The notes under the pieces: model-generated
Databases searched by the model: none
The model's input: only the letters and a program-made list of their open reading frames with translations
What the model was told of the DNA's origin: nothing
In this document: in pieces, positions 10,323-19,520 of the stretch
Position numbering within the stretch: position 1 is the first letter of the stretch
Layout: the number at the start of each line of letters is the position of its first letter
Translations under genes and position numbers: made by a program
Origin: an uncultured Clostridia bacterium
GTDB taxonomy: Bacteria; Bacillota; Clostridia; Christensenellales; UBA1242
Direction of reading: 5' to 3'
DNA: 64,000 bases
Assembly (NCBI GenBank): GCA_944349765.1
Contig: CALVNN010000002.1
Span: forward strand, 6,039-70,038

Positions 10323-12134
10323 ATGAAGAAAAAAATTCTTTTAGTATGTTCATATCTTTTAATATTTATATTAGCTGGATGTACTACGGTTAATAACACA
10401 AATACACCAACGTCTTATGATTTAATAGATTCATTGCAAATTCAAATGAATGAAGTAGTTACTACAGTAAGAGGCCTAGATGTACTATATCAAGAAGACT
10501 ATGTTATAGCACCTATATACAATAGTAATTATAATTACTCAAACAACTTAAACAACAATATCAATGGTTACAATAACACATACACAACCTCTAATTATGG
10601 GAATAATATGATGAGGGGAAATTACAGAGGTTACTCTAACATTGATACCTATGGTATTACACCTTACAATGGCTATAATAACATTTTTTATGGAAACTAT
10701 AGCCGTAATGGTAGTTATAATAATGGAAGTATGTTTGGTAATAACTATCAAAATTACAGCACAAATAACTATGGCTCAAGCGTACTCCCTAACAATATAG
10801 ATACCTACAATAGCATAAATACACCCGTTTCAAATATTAATGCTATAAATGATCTAGATAATAATCATACCACTAATAGCGTATATAATAATTATAACAC
10901 ACTAAATAATAGTAATTTTGGGTCATATGTTCCTAAATATTCTAACAATGAAGGACTAGACAGGACTACCCTAAACGCATATGTTGCTTCACTTGAAGAT
11001 TTATATTTGATTACATCAGATATAAATAGTGCAAACTACATATTAAATAATTTAATGATAAATAATATTGAGTTAGCTGTCGCTATAAGAAATAATGCTT
11101 TTTACCTAAATTATAATGTTGAAGCTCTACCAGCGGATAACTTACAAGTAATTTCGGAATATGTGAATACAATAAAAACCATATTGAGCGGTCTTAATGC
11201 GACATATGGATATATTACAACAGAAGTTGAAGGCATAGCACCTTTACGTGAAAGCTTTTATAATAATACAGAGGCACTTAATGCTAGATATCTAAAATTA
11301 ATAAATATAATTGATTCACGTATAGCACAATTGCAAAATTTAATGGTATCTTTACAAAGATTGAACTATCAATTGCTTTTGGTAGGTAACCAAAATAATC
11401 AAGCGAACACAAATATTTATCAAAATCAGTATGTAAACAATGGCGTTTATGGAGATTATTTAATTAATCAAAATCAAGGTAACAATCTATATGATAACAA
11501 TATACCAGCCGATAATTATTTAGATAATACTATTAATTCTCCTATTGCAGATAATTATCTTGGAGAAAATACTTATCCTATAGAAAATGATTTAGATGCC
11601 AATAGCACACCAATAGTAAATGATAAGAACTCTCCTGCTTTAGACAATAACCTAATAGATAATAATGAGTATATAGAAATACCAAACACTAATCAAACTC
11701 AAAATACAAATATCCCTAATAATTATGAAAGTTTTGAGCTGGATAACTCTAACAATGATATTGCTGACAATGCACTAGAAGATTTTAACAATTCAAATCT
11801 AGGCAATAACAACTTACAGCAAGAAGAAGTTATAATAAACCCAAACACAGGAAATATCAGTTCTAATGACAATAACAGCTTATCAAATTATGGTGAAAAT
11901 TCATTTAACAATGAAAACAACGCTCCTCAGCAAAACACCTCACCAGTAGAGACATCAGAAAATAACGCCGAACAAAATAGAACTTGCAATGAAACTAATG
12001 AATGTAAAGAAAATACTAATATATTTATAGAAGAATACAATAGCGATACATATTTTGATACTAATAGAATATTATCAAAGGAAAATAAAAAAGAAGGTAC
12101 TAACCTTAATGACGGATTAGAACCTTCTTTTTAG
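10323..12134 (+). CDS. Asn/Tyr-rich putative lipoprotein of unknown function; the only plus-strand gene in the window
   Basis: Signal peptide with lipobox (LLIFILAGC). AAAGGAG RBS lies 8 nt upstream of the ATG. By hand count about 138 of 603 residues are Asn. Low-complexity N/Y/G and N/D/Q regions flank a non-repetitive, predicted helical core (aa ~205-350). Confidence 0.7.
   Translation: MKKKILLVCSYLLIFILAGCTTVNNTNTPTSYDLIDSLQIQMNEVVTTVRGLDVLYQEDYVIAPIYNSNYNYSNNLNNNINGYNNTYTTSNYGNNMMRGNYRGYSNIDTYGITPYNGYNNIFYGNYSRNGSYNNGSMFGNNYQNYSTNNYGSSVLPNNIDTYNSINTPVSNINAINDLDNNHTTNSVYNNYNTLNNSNFGSYVPKYSNNEGLDRTTLNAYVASLEDLYLITSDINSANYILNNLMINNIELAVAIRNNAFYLNYNVEALPADNLQVISEYVNTIKTILSGLNATYGYITTEVEGIAPLRESFYNNTEALNARYLKLINIIDSRIAQLQNLMVSLQRLNYQLLLVGNQNNQANTNIYQNQYVNNGVYGDYLINQNQGNNLYDNNIPADNYLDNTINSPIADNYLGENTYPIENDLDANSTPIVNDKNSPALDNNLIDNNEYIEIPNTNQTQNTNIPNNYESFELDNSNNDIADNALEDFNNSNLGNNNLQQEEVIINPNTGNISSNDNNSLSNYGENSFNNENNAPQQNTSPVETSENNAEQNRTCNETNECKENTNIFIEEYNSDTYFDTNRILSKENKKEGTNLNDGLEPSF
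12087..12132. terminator. Long imperfect hairpin acting as a candidate bidirectional terminator for the convergent lipoprotein gene and rbr
   Basis: AAAAAGAAGGT (12088-12098) pairs with ACCTTCTTTTT (12122-12132). An inner CTAACC / GGATTAG pairing extends the stem. A- and T-runs flank it, so a U-tract follows on either strand. It lies inside the last 15 codons of the plus-strand gene. The two stop codons are only 3 nt apart. Confidence 0.5.
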
Positions 12135-12137
12135 TTA

Positions 12138-12671
12138 TTAATAATTTTTAACGTCTAATGCAAAGTAAGACTTTGGATGTAAGCAAGTTGGACAAATCTC
12201 TGGTGCTTCTTTTGCTACAATCTTAGTGCCACAATTTAAACATATCCAGGTTACTTCCTCATCTCTTTTAAACACTTTATCTTGCTTGATATTTTCAAGT
12301 AAATTCAAAAATCTCTCTTCGTGTTCATTTTCTATTTTTGCCACAGCTTCAAATTGTTTAGCCAATTCTTCAAAGCCTTCTTCCTCAGCTTCTTTAGCAA
12401 ATCTTGCATACATATCTGTCCATTCTCCATGTTCGCCCTTTGCAGCTTCTTCTAGATTTGCTGGTGTATCACCTAACAAGCCTAGCGCTTTAAACCAAAG
12501 TTTTGCATGTTCTTTTTCATTATTTGCGGTCTCTTCAAATATACGTGCTATTTGCTCATAACCTTCTTTTTTTGCCACACTAGCAAAGTAGGTGTATTTA
12601 TTTCTTGCCATACTTTCACCAGCGAAAGCCTCATATAAATTTTTTTCAGTTTTAGTATTCTTTAAATCCAT
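12138..12671 (-). CDS. rbr: Rubrerythrin
   Basis: 177 aa. Ferritin-like diiron domain (E..EExH repeats) plus a C-terminal rubredoxin CxxC...CxxC (CLNCG, CPTC). Confidence 0.9.
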   Translation of the reverse strand: MDLKNTKTEKNLYEAFAGESMARNKYTYFASVAKKEGYEQIARIFEETANNEKEHAKLWFKALGLLGDTPANLEEAAKGEHGEWTDMYARFAKEAEEEGFEELAKQFEAVAKIENEHEERFLNLLENIKQDKVFKRDEEVTWICLNCGTKIVAKEAPEICPTCLHPKSYFALDVKNY

Positions 12672-12721
12672 ATTAAACTCCTATTTATATTATAATGTAA
12701 TTGTAACATATTTTAGCAAAA

Positions 12722-14017
12722 TTAGCAATTGTTATCTTGCTTTGGAAATATTTTTTTACGTTTTAGATTACGCTCTTTACCATTATTACTTGGTACATAG
12801 TAGACTCTATCTTTTAATGAATTAGGCATATATTGTTGCTCAACATATCCTCCGTAACTATGAGGGTACTTGTAGTCTTTAGGTCTTTCACTATCTAAGT
12901 TGTTATTATTTTTTAGATACGGTGGCACTTCATCATCTTTATTGTTTCTAGCATCTTCTTCGGCTCTCTCCTTAGCTACCACAACACTATTTGATTTATC
13001 AGCTTCACACACATAGATTATTGCATGCGTTAATGGTAAATTTGCTTCAGGCATTCCTATTTCTTTTATTGCTATTAGTGCATTTATCGCCATCGTCAAG
13101 GCATAGCTATCTGCCATACCGACGTCTTCACTAGCATGTGCTATTAGCCTCCTAGCTATAATTAGAGGGTCTAAACCGCCACTCATAAGCCTATTAGCAT
13201 AATAAAGTGCTGCCTCAGCATCGCTACCTCGAAGACTCTTACAAAAAGCTGAAAGCATATCATAATATTGACTTTCGTCAAAAGACAAAGCTTTTCTTTG
13301 GATACTCTCCTCAGCTACTTTTAAATCGACTGTGATTTTTCCATTAATTACTGGTGTACTAAGTACAGCCAATTCTAAAGCATTTAAAGCCTTTCTCACA
13401 TCTCCAGAACTCATATTGGCTATATGGGTTAAAGCTTCATCAGTTGCTTCTACATTCAAAAATCCCAGACCACGTTCTTTATCTTTTAACGCAAGTTTCA
13501 AAGCTTCCAATATATCCCAGTTTGTTAGTGCTTTAAATTCAAATACAGTACATCTACTCACTATAGCCCTAGTCATACTAAAATAAGGATTCTCTGTAGT
13601 AGAGCCAATAAAGATAATAGAACCATCTTCTATAGCCTCAAGTATGCTATCACTTTGAGACTTACTCCATCTGTGACATTCATCTAGTAGTAAATATGTC
13701 TTAATTCCATACATCTTATATCTATCTTTTGCTCGCTCAATAACAGCTTTTGCATCCTGCACTCCACTATACACTGCGTTCAATCTTTCAAATTCGCCAT
13801 TACAAGTATTAGCAATTACATTAGCCAAACTTGTCTTGCCAGTACCAGGCGGACCATAAAAAATACAATTCCCTAGGCAGCTTGATTTAATAGACCTTAC
13901 CAACAGACTATTATCATAAAGCAAATGCTTTTGTCCTATAAATTGTTCCAATTTCTGCGGACGCATCCTTTCAGCTAAGGGCGCTTTTTTATTAGGTAAA
14001 GTATCAAATAAATCCAT
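12722..14017 (-). CDS. rarA: Replication-associated recombination protein A (RarA/MgsA AAA+ ATPase)
   Basis: Walker A GPPGTGKTS, Walker B LLLDECHR, MgsA C-terminal domain. I prefer the ATG at 14017 (MDLFD...) with an AGGAGGA RBS over the ORF-track start at 14062. Confidence 0.9.
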   Translation of the reverse strand: MDLFDTLPNKKAPLAERMRPQKLEQFIGQKHLLYDNSLLVRSIKSSCLGNCIFYGPPGTGKTSLANVIANTCNGEFERLNAVYSGVQDAKAVIERAKDRYKMYGIKTYLLLDECHRWSKSQSDSILEAIEDGSIIFIGSTTENPYFSMTRAIVSRCTVFEFKALTNWDILEALKLALKDKERGLGFLNVEATDEALTHIANMSSGDVRKALNALELAVLSTPVINGKITVDLKVAEESIQRKALSFDESQYYDMLSAFCKSLRGSDAEAALYYANRLMSGGLDPLIIARRLIAHASEDVGMADSYALTMAINALIAIKEIGMPEANLPLTHAIIYVCEADKSNSVVVAKERAEEDARNNKDDEVPPYLKNNNNLDSERPKDYKYPHSYGGYVEQQYMPNSLKDRVYYVPSNNGKERNLKRKKIFPKQDNNC

Positions 14018-14062
14018 ATTTCCTCCTAAGTGTATTATATCAAAATTTGTAAAAGTTTTCAA

Positions 14063-15403
14063 TTAAAAACTCAATACCACGCCCTCTTCCAGCATTTTAT
14101 AACTTAAAAATTTGAGATTATGATAATTTGTTTGATTTAATTTTATTACACTTTGCCCTGTATTAACCAATTTAGCGGTATACACCTTTCCTTCTATTGT
14201 AAGTTCAATTTCTAAATTCATATTGATTTTAGGAATAAATTTCACACCATTATGCAAAATGTATATACCTAAAATATCATACCTTATATAATTGTAGTAA
14301 CAAGATAAATTCTTATCTAATAATTTTATAGTATTTAATTTCTCTATATCAAAAGGTAATGACTTATACCCATATATATAATTTTTAAAATCAAAAATAT
14401 ATTCAAGCGGATTAATAAAATAAAGCTCTTTTATCCTTTTTGGTAAATAATTATTAAATATTTCAAAGCCGTTATTTTTTATTATCACAGAATTTATATT
14501 AGAATATAGCTTTATAATATCCGCTTCGAGTTTAGTGTAATTCAAATATGTCATTTTAGTGGAAATATACATGTAACCTTCACTTACTACAAATAACAAA
14601 GTACTTCTTACTACACTAGCTCCTATATATTTAAGATTTGTGTTTATATAGTAATACTCATTACCGTACAGCTCTTTAATATTATACCCCTGATAGGTCT
14701 TTTCCACATAAAATAGTGAATTTTTAGTAGTGAATTTAAACGAAAAATAATCTTTTGATACACCTTGAAAACTCAACAAACAAGAATTAGTTCTGTAGTC
14801 TAAATATCTTCTCAAAATTCCGCCATAAAAGCTGTACTCAATATAATTATCTTCCATTTTAAATTCAAATTCAATATTTCCCAAAGGTTGTATAACCTCT
14901 AATTGTTTTTGATTATTTAAAGGTAGATTGATATTAAACGCATTAATTAATGCTAATATATTCATATTAACTTTGGCAATATCAATAATATAATCAAATT
15001 TTGTTAGTTCTTTTATATATTTTTCATCAGTAACTACTACTAGGTTTACATTGACCTTACTTTTTATATCATCAATGAACCTTATAAACGCTTTTGCATA
15101 TTCGTACTCCTTTTCATTTAAGCAATTGACCTTAAAAATTGGAGCTTTTGCAAATCCTATATTAGCTAACTCATTAAAAGACTTATATGAATACATTATG
15201 GGGACATTATATTCAATTTGTTTTAAAATATAGTTGATATCAATACTTAACAGCTCGTCAGCCTTCTTTTTTTGAGAAAGTATTGGGGTGATTTTTCTTT
15301 TTCGTAAAAATAGTAATATAATAGGAATCAATAACAAAAAATTCATATTTATACTACTAAGTAATGTAACTATTATCAATAAATAAACTGTCAATTTAAC
15401 CAT
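14063..15403 (-). CDS. Hypothetical membrane-anchored protein, no recognisable family
   Basis: A 1.3-kb open frame in very AT-rich DNA is unlikely by chance. Hydrophobic N-terminus, then about 410 aa rich in Y/N/K/I with no motif I recognise. Start is uncertain: the ORF-track start at 15439 is TTG inside the rnpB terminator U-tract, and the first ATG is at 15403. Neither has a Shine-Dalgarno. Confidence 0.55.
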   Translation of the reverse strand: MVKLTVYLLIIVTLLSSINMNFLLLIPIILLFLRKRKITPILSQKKKADELLSIDINYILKQIEYNVPIMYSYKSFNELANIGFAKAPIFKVNCLNEKEYEYAKAFIRFIDDIKSKVNVNLVVVTDEKYIKELTKFDYIIDIAKVNMNILALINAFNINLPLNNQKQLEVIQPLGNIEFEFKMEDNYIEYSFYGGILRRYLDYRTNSCLLSFQGVSKDYFSFKFTTKNSLFYVEKTYQGYNIKELYGNEYYYINTNLKYIGASVVRSTLLFVVSEGYMYISTKMTYLNYTKLEADIIKLYSNINSVIIKNNGFEIFNNYLPKRIKELYFINPLEYIFDFKNYIYGYKSLPFDIEKLNTIKLLDKNLSCYYNYIRYDILGIYILHNGVKFIPKINMNLEIELTIEGKVYTAKLVNTGQSVIKLNQTNYHNLKFLSYKMLEEGVVLSF

Positions 15404-15437
15404 ACAGTAATTATGATTAATATCTAGTTTTTTATAC

Positions 15438-15460
15438 AAAAAAAGGCTACAAAAGTAGCC
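15438..15460 (-). terminator. Intrinsic terminator of rnpB
   Basis: Minus strand reads GGCTAC-TTTT-GTAGCC followed by T7. Confidence 0.7.
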
Positions 15461-15801
15461 TAGTTATTCTGTAAGCCGAGTTCTGTATTTGACGGTTATC
15501 TATCTAAGATACATTATCACTAATGTATTCATGCGATGCTTTTCGAATACTAGCGAGCAACCTTCACGTATTCTTTAATCTTGCTTCAGGTGGGGTTTAC
15601 ATATGCCCTCGATGTTGCCACCAAGGCGGTGAGCTCTTACCTCGACCTTTCCATCCTTACCGACAAAGTCGGCGGTTTATTTCTGTTGCACTTTCCTTAG
15701 AGTCGCCTCCACCAGCAGTTAACTGGCACCCTGCTCTTCGAAGCTCGGACTTTCCTCATCTAGTACCATCATAGTACTAAACGCAACCGTCTGAATAACT
15801 A
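15461..15801 (-). ncRNA. rnpB: RNase P RNA, bacterial class A architecture
   Basis: Minus strand contains GAGGAAAGUCCGAGC, CAGGGUGCCAGUUAAC, AGUGCAACAGAAAUAAACCGCC, GGUAAGAGCUCACCG, GUAAACCCCACCUGAAGCAAG and the 3' ACAGAACUCGGCUUACAG. P1 forms between UAGUUAUUC at the 5' end and GAAUAACUA at the 3' end. Confidence 0.9.
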
Positions 15802-15807
15802 AATAAT

Positions 15808-15836
15808 AGTATACACAATTTATACATAGTTGTCAA
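15808..15836 (-). promoter_or_regulatory. Sigma-A promoter of rnpB: TTGACA-N17-TATACT
   Basis: TTGACA (15836-15831), a 17-nt spacer, then TATACT (15813-15808). The predicted +1 coincides with the P1 5' end near 15801. The -35 box begins 2 nt after the upstream stop codon. Confidence 0.7.
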
Positions 15837-15838
15837 TA

Positions 15839-17224
15839 CTAACTAAAAAGTTTGATTTTACGCTCTACCATCTCATCTACTCTATTTAGATATTCATTTA
15901 TATCCTTTACATTAGCAGATCTCTCTACATGTTTTTCCAAACGCCATACTCGTTTTGATATACCCCCCGCTCCTACAGCTATAACGCTGTTTAATTCTTC
16001 CATACTTTCAATATTAAATCGGCAAGCTGTATTTGGCTTACAGTAGCCTACATTTTCGAAGTTTCCCATCATATGCTTTTGCCTATAAATATAATAAGGA
16101 GCATATCCTGATTCTTTTAATTTTGTATAAGAATAAGTAATCATTTTTTCTATATCAGGGCTATATTTAATATTTTCATTTGCTAGGTATGAATTATTTT
16201 TTATAGCCAAGGTATGAACTGTTATATTAGCTGGTTGCAACTCTACCGCAATATCTAACGAACGTTTAAAAGTCCTATAACTCTCATTAGGTAATCCTGC
16301 GATCAAATCCATATTCACCTTAAAATCATAATTTAAAGATAGTGCATATGCCTCTAACAACTGCTTCGTTGTCGTTCTTCGCCCTATAAGCTTTAAAGTC
16401 TTATCGCTAAACGTTTGAGGATTGATACTTATTCTATCCACGTGATGCTTTTGTAATACATCTAGCTTTTCCTTTGTGATAGTATCTGGACGACCACATT
16501 CTACTGTAAATTCTGCATCCATAAAATGCAACTCACTTAAAAGCCTATCCAAATCTTCCGCTGATAATGTAGTAGGGGTTCCGCCGCCAATATAAATATT
16601 TTTGACCATGTAGCACTTATCCATCATAAACGCTCGGATACCCCTTATTTCACGTATAAGAGCCTCTAGATATTTTGGCACAAGATTTTGCATACAACTA
16701 ACTTCAGTGGAAACAAAATTACAATAAGCACATCTCGTTGGACAAAAAGGTATATTCACATAAAAGTTTACCAACTTATCATTAACTATAATGCCTTTTT
16801 GATTTTTAATAGTCTCTACAACTAGTTTTGCTTTTTGTTTACTTACGTGGTAATCTCTGTTTAAGTAGAATTCCGTGTTCATATAACTCGTTCCATTTGA
16901 GATATACTCATAAGCAATTTTAGTTGGGCGCACCCCCGTCAAAGCTCCCCAAGGCAAATCTATTTGATATTTTTTACTTAAGGTTTCATATAAAGCAATT
17001 TTAGCACAATGTTTAAATTCTTTCTTAATGATTAAAGGGTCTGATGTCTTTGTTTTTGGTTTACTAAGTGTATACGGTGCATCATCATTTACCTTTACTG
17101 TACAGATGTACGCATCATCAGTTGATTGTCCATTAAACTATATGATATCATCTTGCGTAGTAAAAACATTAACCAAGTCCAATAAATCTGCTTCATAATC
17201 AAGTAAATTTGTTACAAATTTCAT
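15839..17224 (-). pseudogene. hemZ: HemZ-like radical SAM protein (HemN/coproporphyrinogen dehydrogenase family) interrupted by an in-frame TAG at codon 29 (17140-17138)
   Basis: CxxxCxxC motif CPTRCAYCNF and the HemZ signature LPWGALTGVRPTK. The ORF-track version (15839-16957) starts at a TTG with no RBS. The same frame continues upstream to the ATG at 17224 (MKFVTNLLDYEADLLDLVNVFTTQDDII*FNGQ...). That ATG overlaps the recJ stop as TAATG. 17224-15839 is 1386 nt, or 462 codons, all in frame. Confidence 0.6.
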
Positions 17225-19488
17225 TACTTCTCCCTTTGAGACATCAATTCACAATATACTCTTGATTTCATTAAATCACTTTTTACACCTGTTGTCAAAA
17301 TCTTAAAAGTATCAATCTCGTCTATTACTTTCAATACTCCTATTTCCTCTAGTACTTTATAGCAAAATACAAATTGTGAATATGTTACTCTACTTTTTAT
17401 TATATTACTATAATAAGTATAATCATCTTTAAATGATTTTTCAAGATTTTTTATCAAATTAAATACAACACCAAAAGTATTTTTTTCAAAATTTAAATAT
17501 AAAGTGTCTATTTTTAAGTCTGCACTACCCTGTATTACATTTATGTTTGGATACAACTGCTTTAACTTTTTAAGCAAACCACTTGGTACTTTTTCTGTAA
17601 AAATTATATTGTCAAACGCCTCAAAGCCCAAAAAGGTATTAGGACATACCAACATAGTTTTAGCATTTGTTGAATGACTTAATCTAACATAATCGACAAC
17701 ATCATAATCATCTATATCAAACGCGCCATCATAACTTATGTATAAGCAAGCCCCACTAATTACGCTGTCTTGAAAGACTTCACTGTCATCATAAAATAAA
17801 TTTTTTATAAGACAACCATTACGATAGTCTTCATCATATCTAAATTCATTACAAGAAATATCTTGCAAATAAAATTTGATATTTTTTCGGTTGTTGTAGG
17901 TATCAATATATGGCTCAACTAATAAATCAATGTTTGACGGAGACAAAAGTAAAGGATAGTGTTTTGACATCCCAAAGCCTACCCCATTTAAATGAACTAG
18001 TGAGACTGTCAAATGCTCATTATGTTTATTCATAATAGATACTTTTCTATTTTGTGCATCTAGAAGTATTTTCGGCTTTTTATTACCAACCCCACAAGGT
18101 TCTAAATATGAAAGATTATTTACAAATTCTTCAGTTATTTCATTCTCTGTTACTTTAAAATCATAATAATTGGTAATTTTTTGAACTTCTAAATTATTAA
18201 CGTAATCAATAATGAATGCTTCAAATTTATCGTACTTATCTCTGTCTAATGTTAGTCCCCCTGCCATACTATGACCACCATAAGTCGCTAAAAATTCAGA
18301 ACAAGAATTAAGGATTTCAAAAATATTATAATTTGAAGGGCCTCTAGCAGAACCAACATACCTATTTGTTCGCTTATCTAGTGTTAAAACAATGGCTGGT
18401 CTTTGATATTCTTGAACAAGTTTAGCAGCCACAATACCTAGCACACCACTTTCCCAATCTTCATCTTTGACTAAAATTATCTTGTTCTTTTGATTTATTT
18501 TCTTAAAGCACTGATTATATATAGCGTTACAACTATTTTGTCGTTTTATGTTTATCTCATTTAATAGATCACATATATCTTTTATTTTACTTTCATTATC
18601 GGTTAAATAAAGTTGTAAACTAATACTAGCATCCCCCATACGCCCAGCAGAATTTAATTTTGGGGTCAATTTGAAAGATATGTCTGTTGCTGTTGGGTTA
18701 TTAATAGCTTGTGTTTTCAGTAAGTATTTAATACCTTTTGGACAGTATTGATTGAACCTTTGTAAACCGTAATGCACTATAAACCTATTTTCATCAGTTA
18801 ACTCCACTAAGTCAGATATAGTAGATATTGCACAAATAGTATAGTACTTTTTGCAAGTCTCCAAATCACTCAAAGCATTAACCAGTTTTAATGCGACGCC
18901 CGCACCACAAAGTTCTCTAAAAGGATACTTTTGGTTTGGTAATTTGGGATCAATGGTGATTGTATCAGGTAAGATTTCTGGTATTTCATGGTGATCTGTT
19001 ATTATAATGTCAACACCTTTTGACTTTATATACTCTACTTCTTTATGACACGAAATACCGCAGTCAACTGTTATGATTAAATTAGGATTAAATTGATCTA
19101 ATATTTTATTCGCTGTGTCAATACTCAACCCGTAGCCATCATCATAACGACTTGGTAAATAATAATTTACGTCTATACCTATTGAGCGAAAGTAAAGAAC
19201 TAGTATAGCAGTTGAGCCAATACCGTCTACATCATAGTCACCAAAAATTAATATACTTTCTTTATCTGATATAGCCTTTCTAATTCTATTGACAGCTTGT
19301 TCCATACCAGATAGCAAAAATGGTGAATAGAACACCTCTTTGTGATTGATGTAATCTTCAAACTTTTGTTGAGTATTATAGCCTAGGTTTAATATATACT
19401 CAACAATCTTTTCATCAATCTTATATTTTAAGGATAACTCTTTGACTAATTCTAAATTTTTATCTTCATAAGCCTTTATATATCTCAT
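17224..19488 (-). CDS. recJ: Single-stranded-DNA-specific exonuclease RecJ
   Basis: DHH motifs GDYDVDG and ITDHH, plus a DHHA1 region with GGH. I prefer the ATG at 19488 (MRYIKAYED...) with an AGGTGG RBS over the ORF-track start at 19503. Confidence 0.9.
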   Translation of the reverse strand: MRYIKAYEDKNLELVKELSLKYKIDEKIVEYILNLGYNTQQKFEDYINHKEVFYSPFLLSGMEQAVNRIRKAISDKESILIFGDYDVDGIGSTAILVLYFRSIGIDVNYYLPSRYDDGYGLSIDTANKILDQFNPNLIITVDCGISCHKEVEYIKSKGVDIIITDHHEIPEILPDTITIDPKLPNQKYPFRELCGAGVALKLVNALSDLETCKKYYTICAISTISDLVELTDENRFIVHYGLQRFNQYCPKGIKYLLKTQAINNPTATDISFKLTPKLNSAGRMGDASISLQLYLTDNESKIKDICDLLNEINIKRQNSCNAIYNQCFKKINQKNKIILVKDEDWESGVLGIVAAKLVQEYQRPAIVLTLDKRTNRYVGSARGPSNYNIFEILNSCSEFLATYGGHSMAGGLTLDRDKYDKFEAFIIDYVNNLEVQKITNYYDFKVTENEITEEFVNNLSYLEPCGVGNKKPKILLDAQNRKVSIMNKHNEHLTVSLVHLNGVGFGMSKHYPLLLSPSNIDLLVEPYIDTYNNRKNIKFYLQDISCNEFRYDEDYRNGCLIKNLFYDDSEVFQDSVISGACLYISYDGAFDIDDYDVVDYVRLSHSTNAKTMLVCPNTFLGFEAFDNIIFTEKVPSGLLKKLKQLYPNINVIQGSADLKIDTLYLNFEKNTFGVVFNLIKNLEKSFKDDYTYYSNIIKSRVTYSQFVFCYKVLEEIGVLKVIDEIDTFKILTTGVKSDLMKSRVYCELMSQREK

Positions 19489-19520
19489 ATACCACCTATA
19501 CAAAAAAAGCCTTAAACGGC

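Noticed and set aside
10500-12000. Possible tandem DNA repeats, CRISPR-like periodicity or a contingency locus in the Asn-rich gene
   Set aside because: The repetitiveness is compositional (AAT/AAC-rich) with only short imperfect peptide repeats such as DNYL. There are no exact direct repeats with spacers.
12672-12721. PerR/Fur-type operator upstream of rubrerythrin (TTACAAT-tac-ATTATAA)
   Set aside because: The inverted repeat has a 7-3-7 rather than 7-1-7 layout with a mismatch. That is indistinguishable from chance in this AT-rich spacer.
15523-15774. 83-aa plus-strand ORF in the relatively GC-rich patch between 15440 and 15800
   Set aside because: The region is the RNase P RNA gene on the opposite strand. 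The ORF is a by-product of the structured-RNA sequence.
17138-17140. TAG as pyrrolysine or a genome-wide reassigned sense codon
   Set aside because: TAG is the terminal codon of at least three well-delimited genes in this window (stops at 2839, 15839 and 53106). No pyl genes are seen here. A local nonsense mutation, sequencing error or read-through is more parsimonious.
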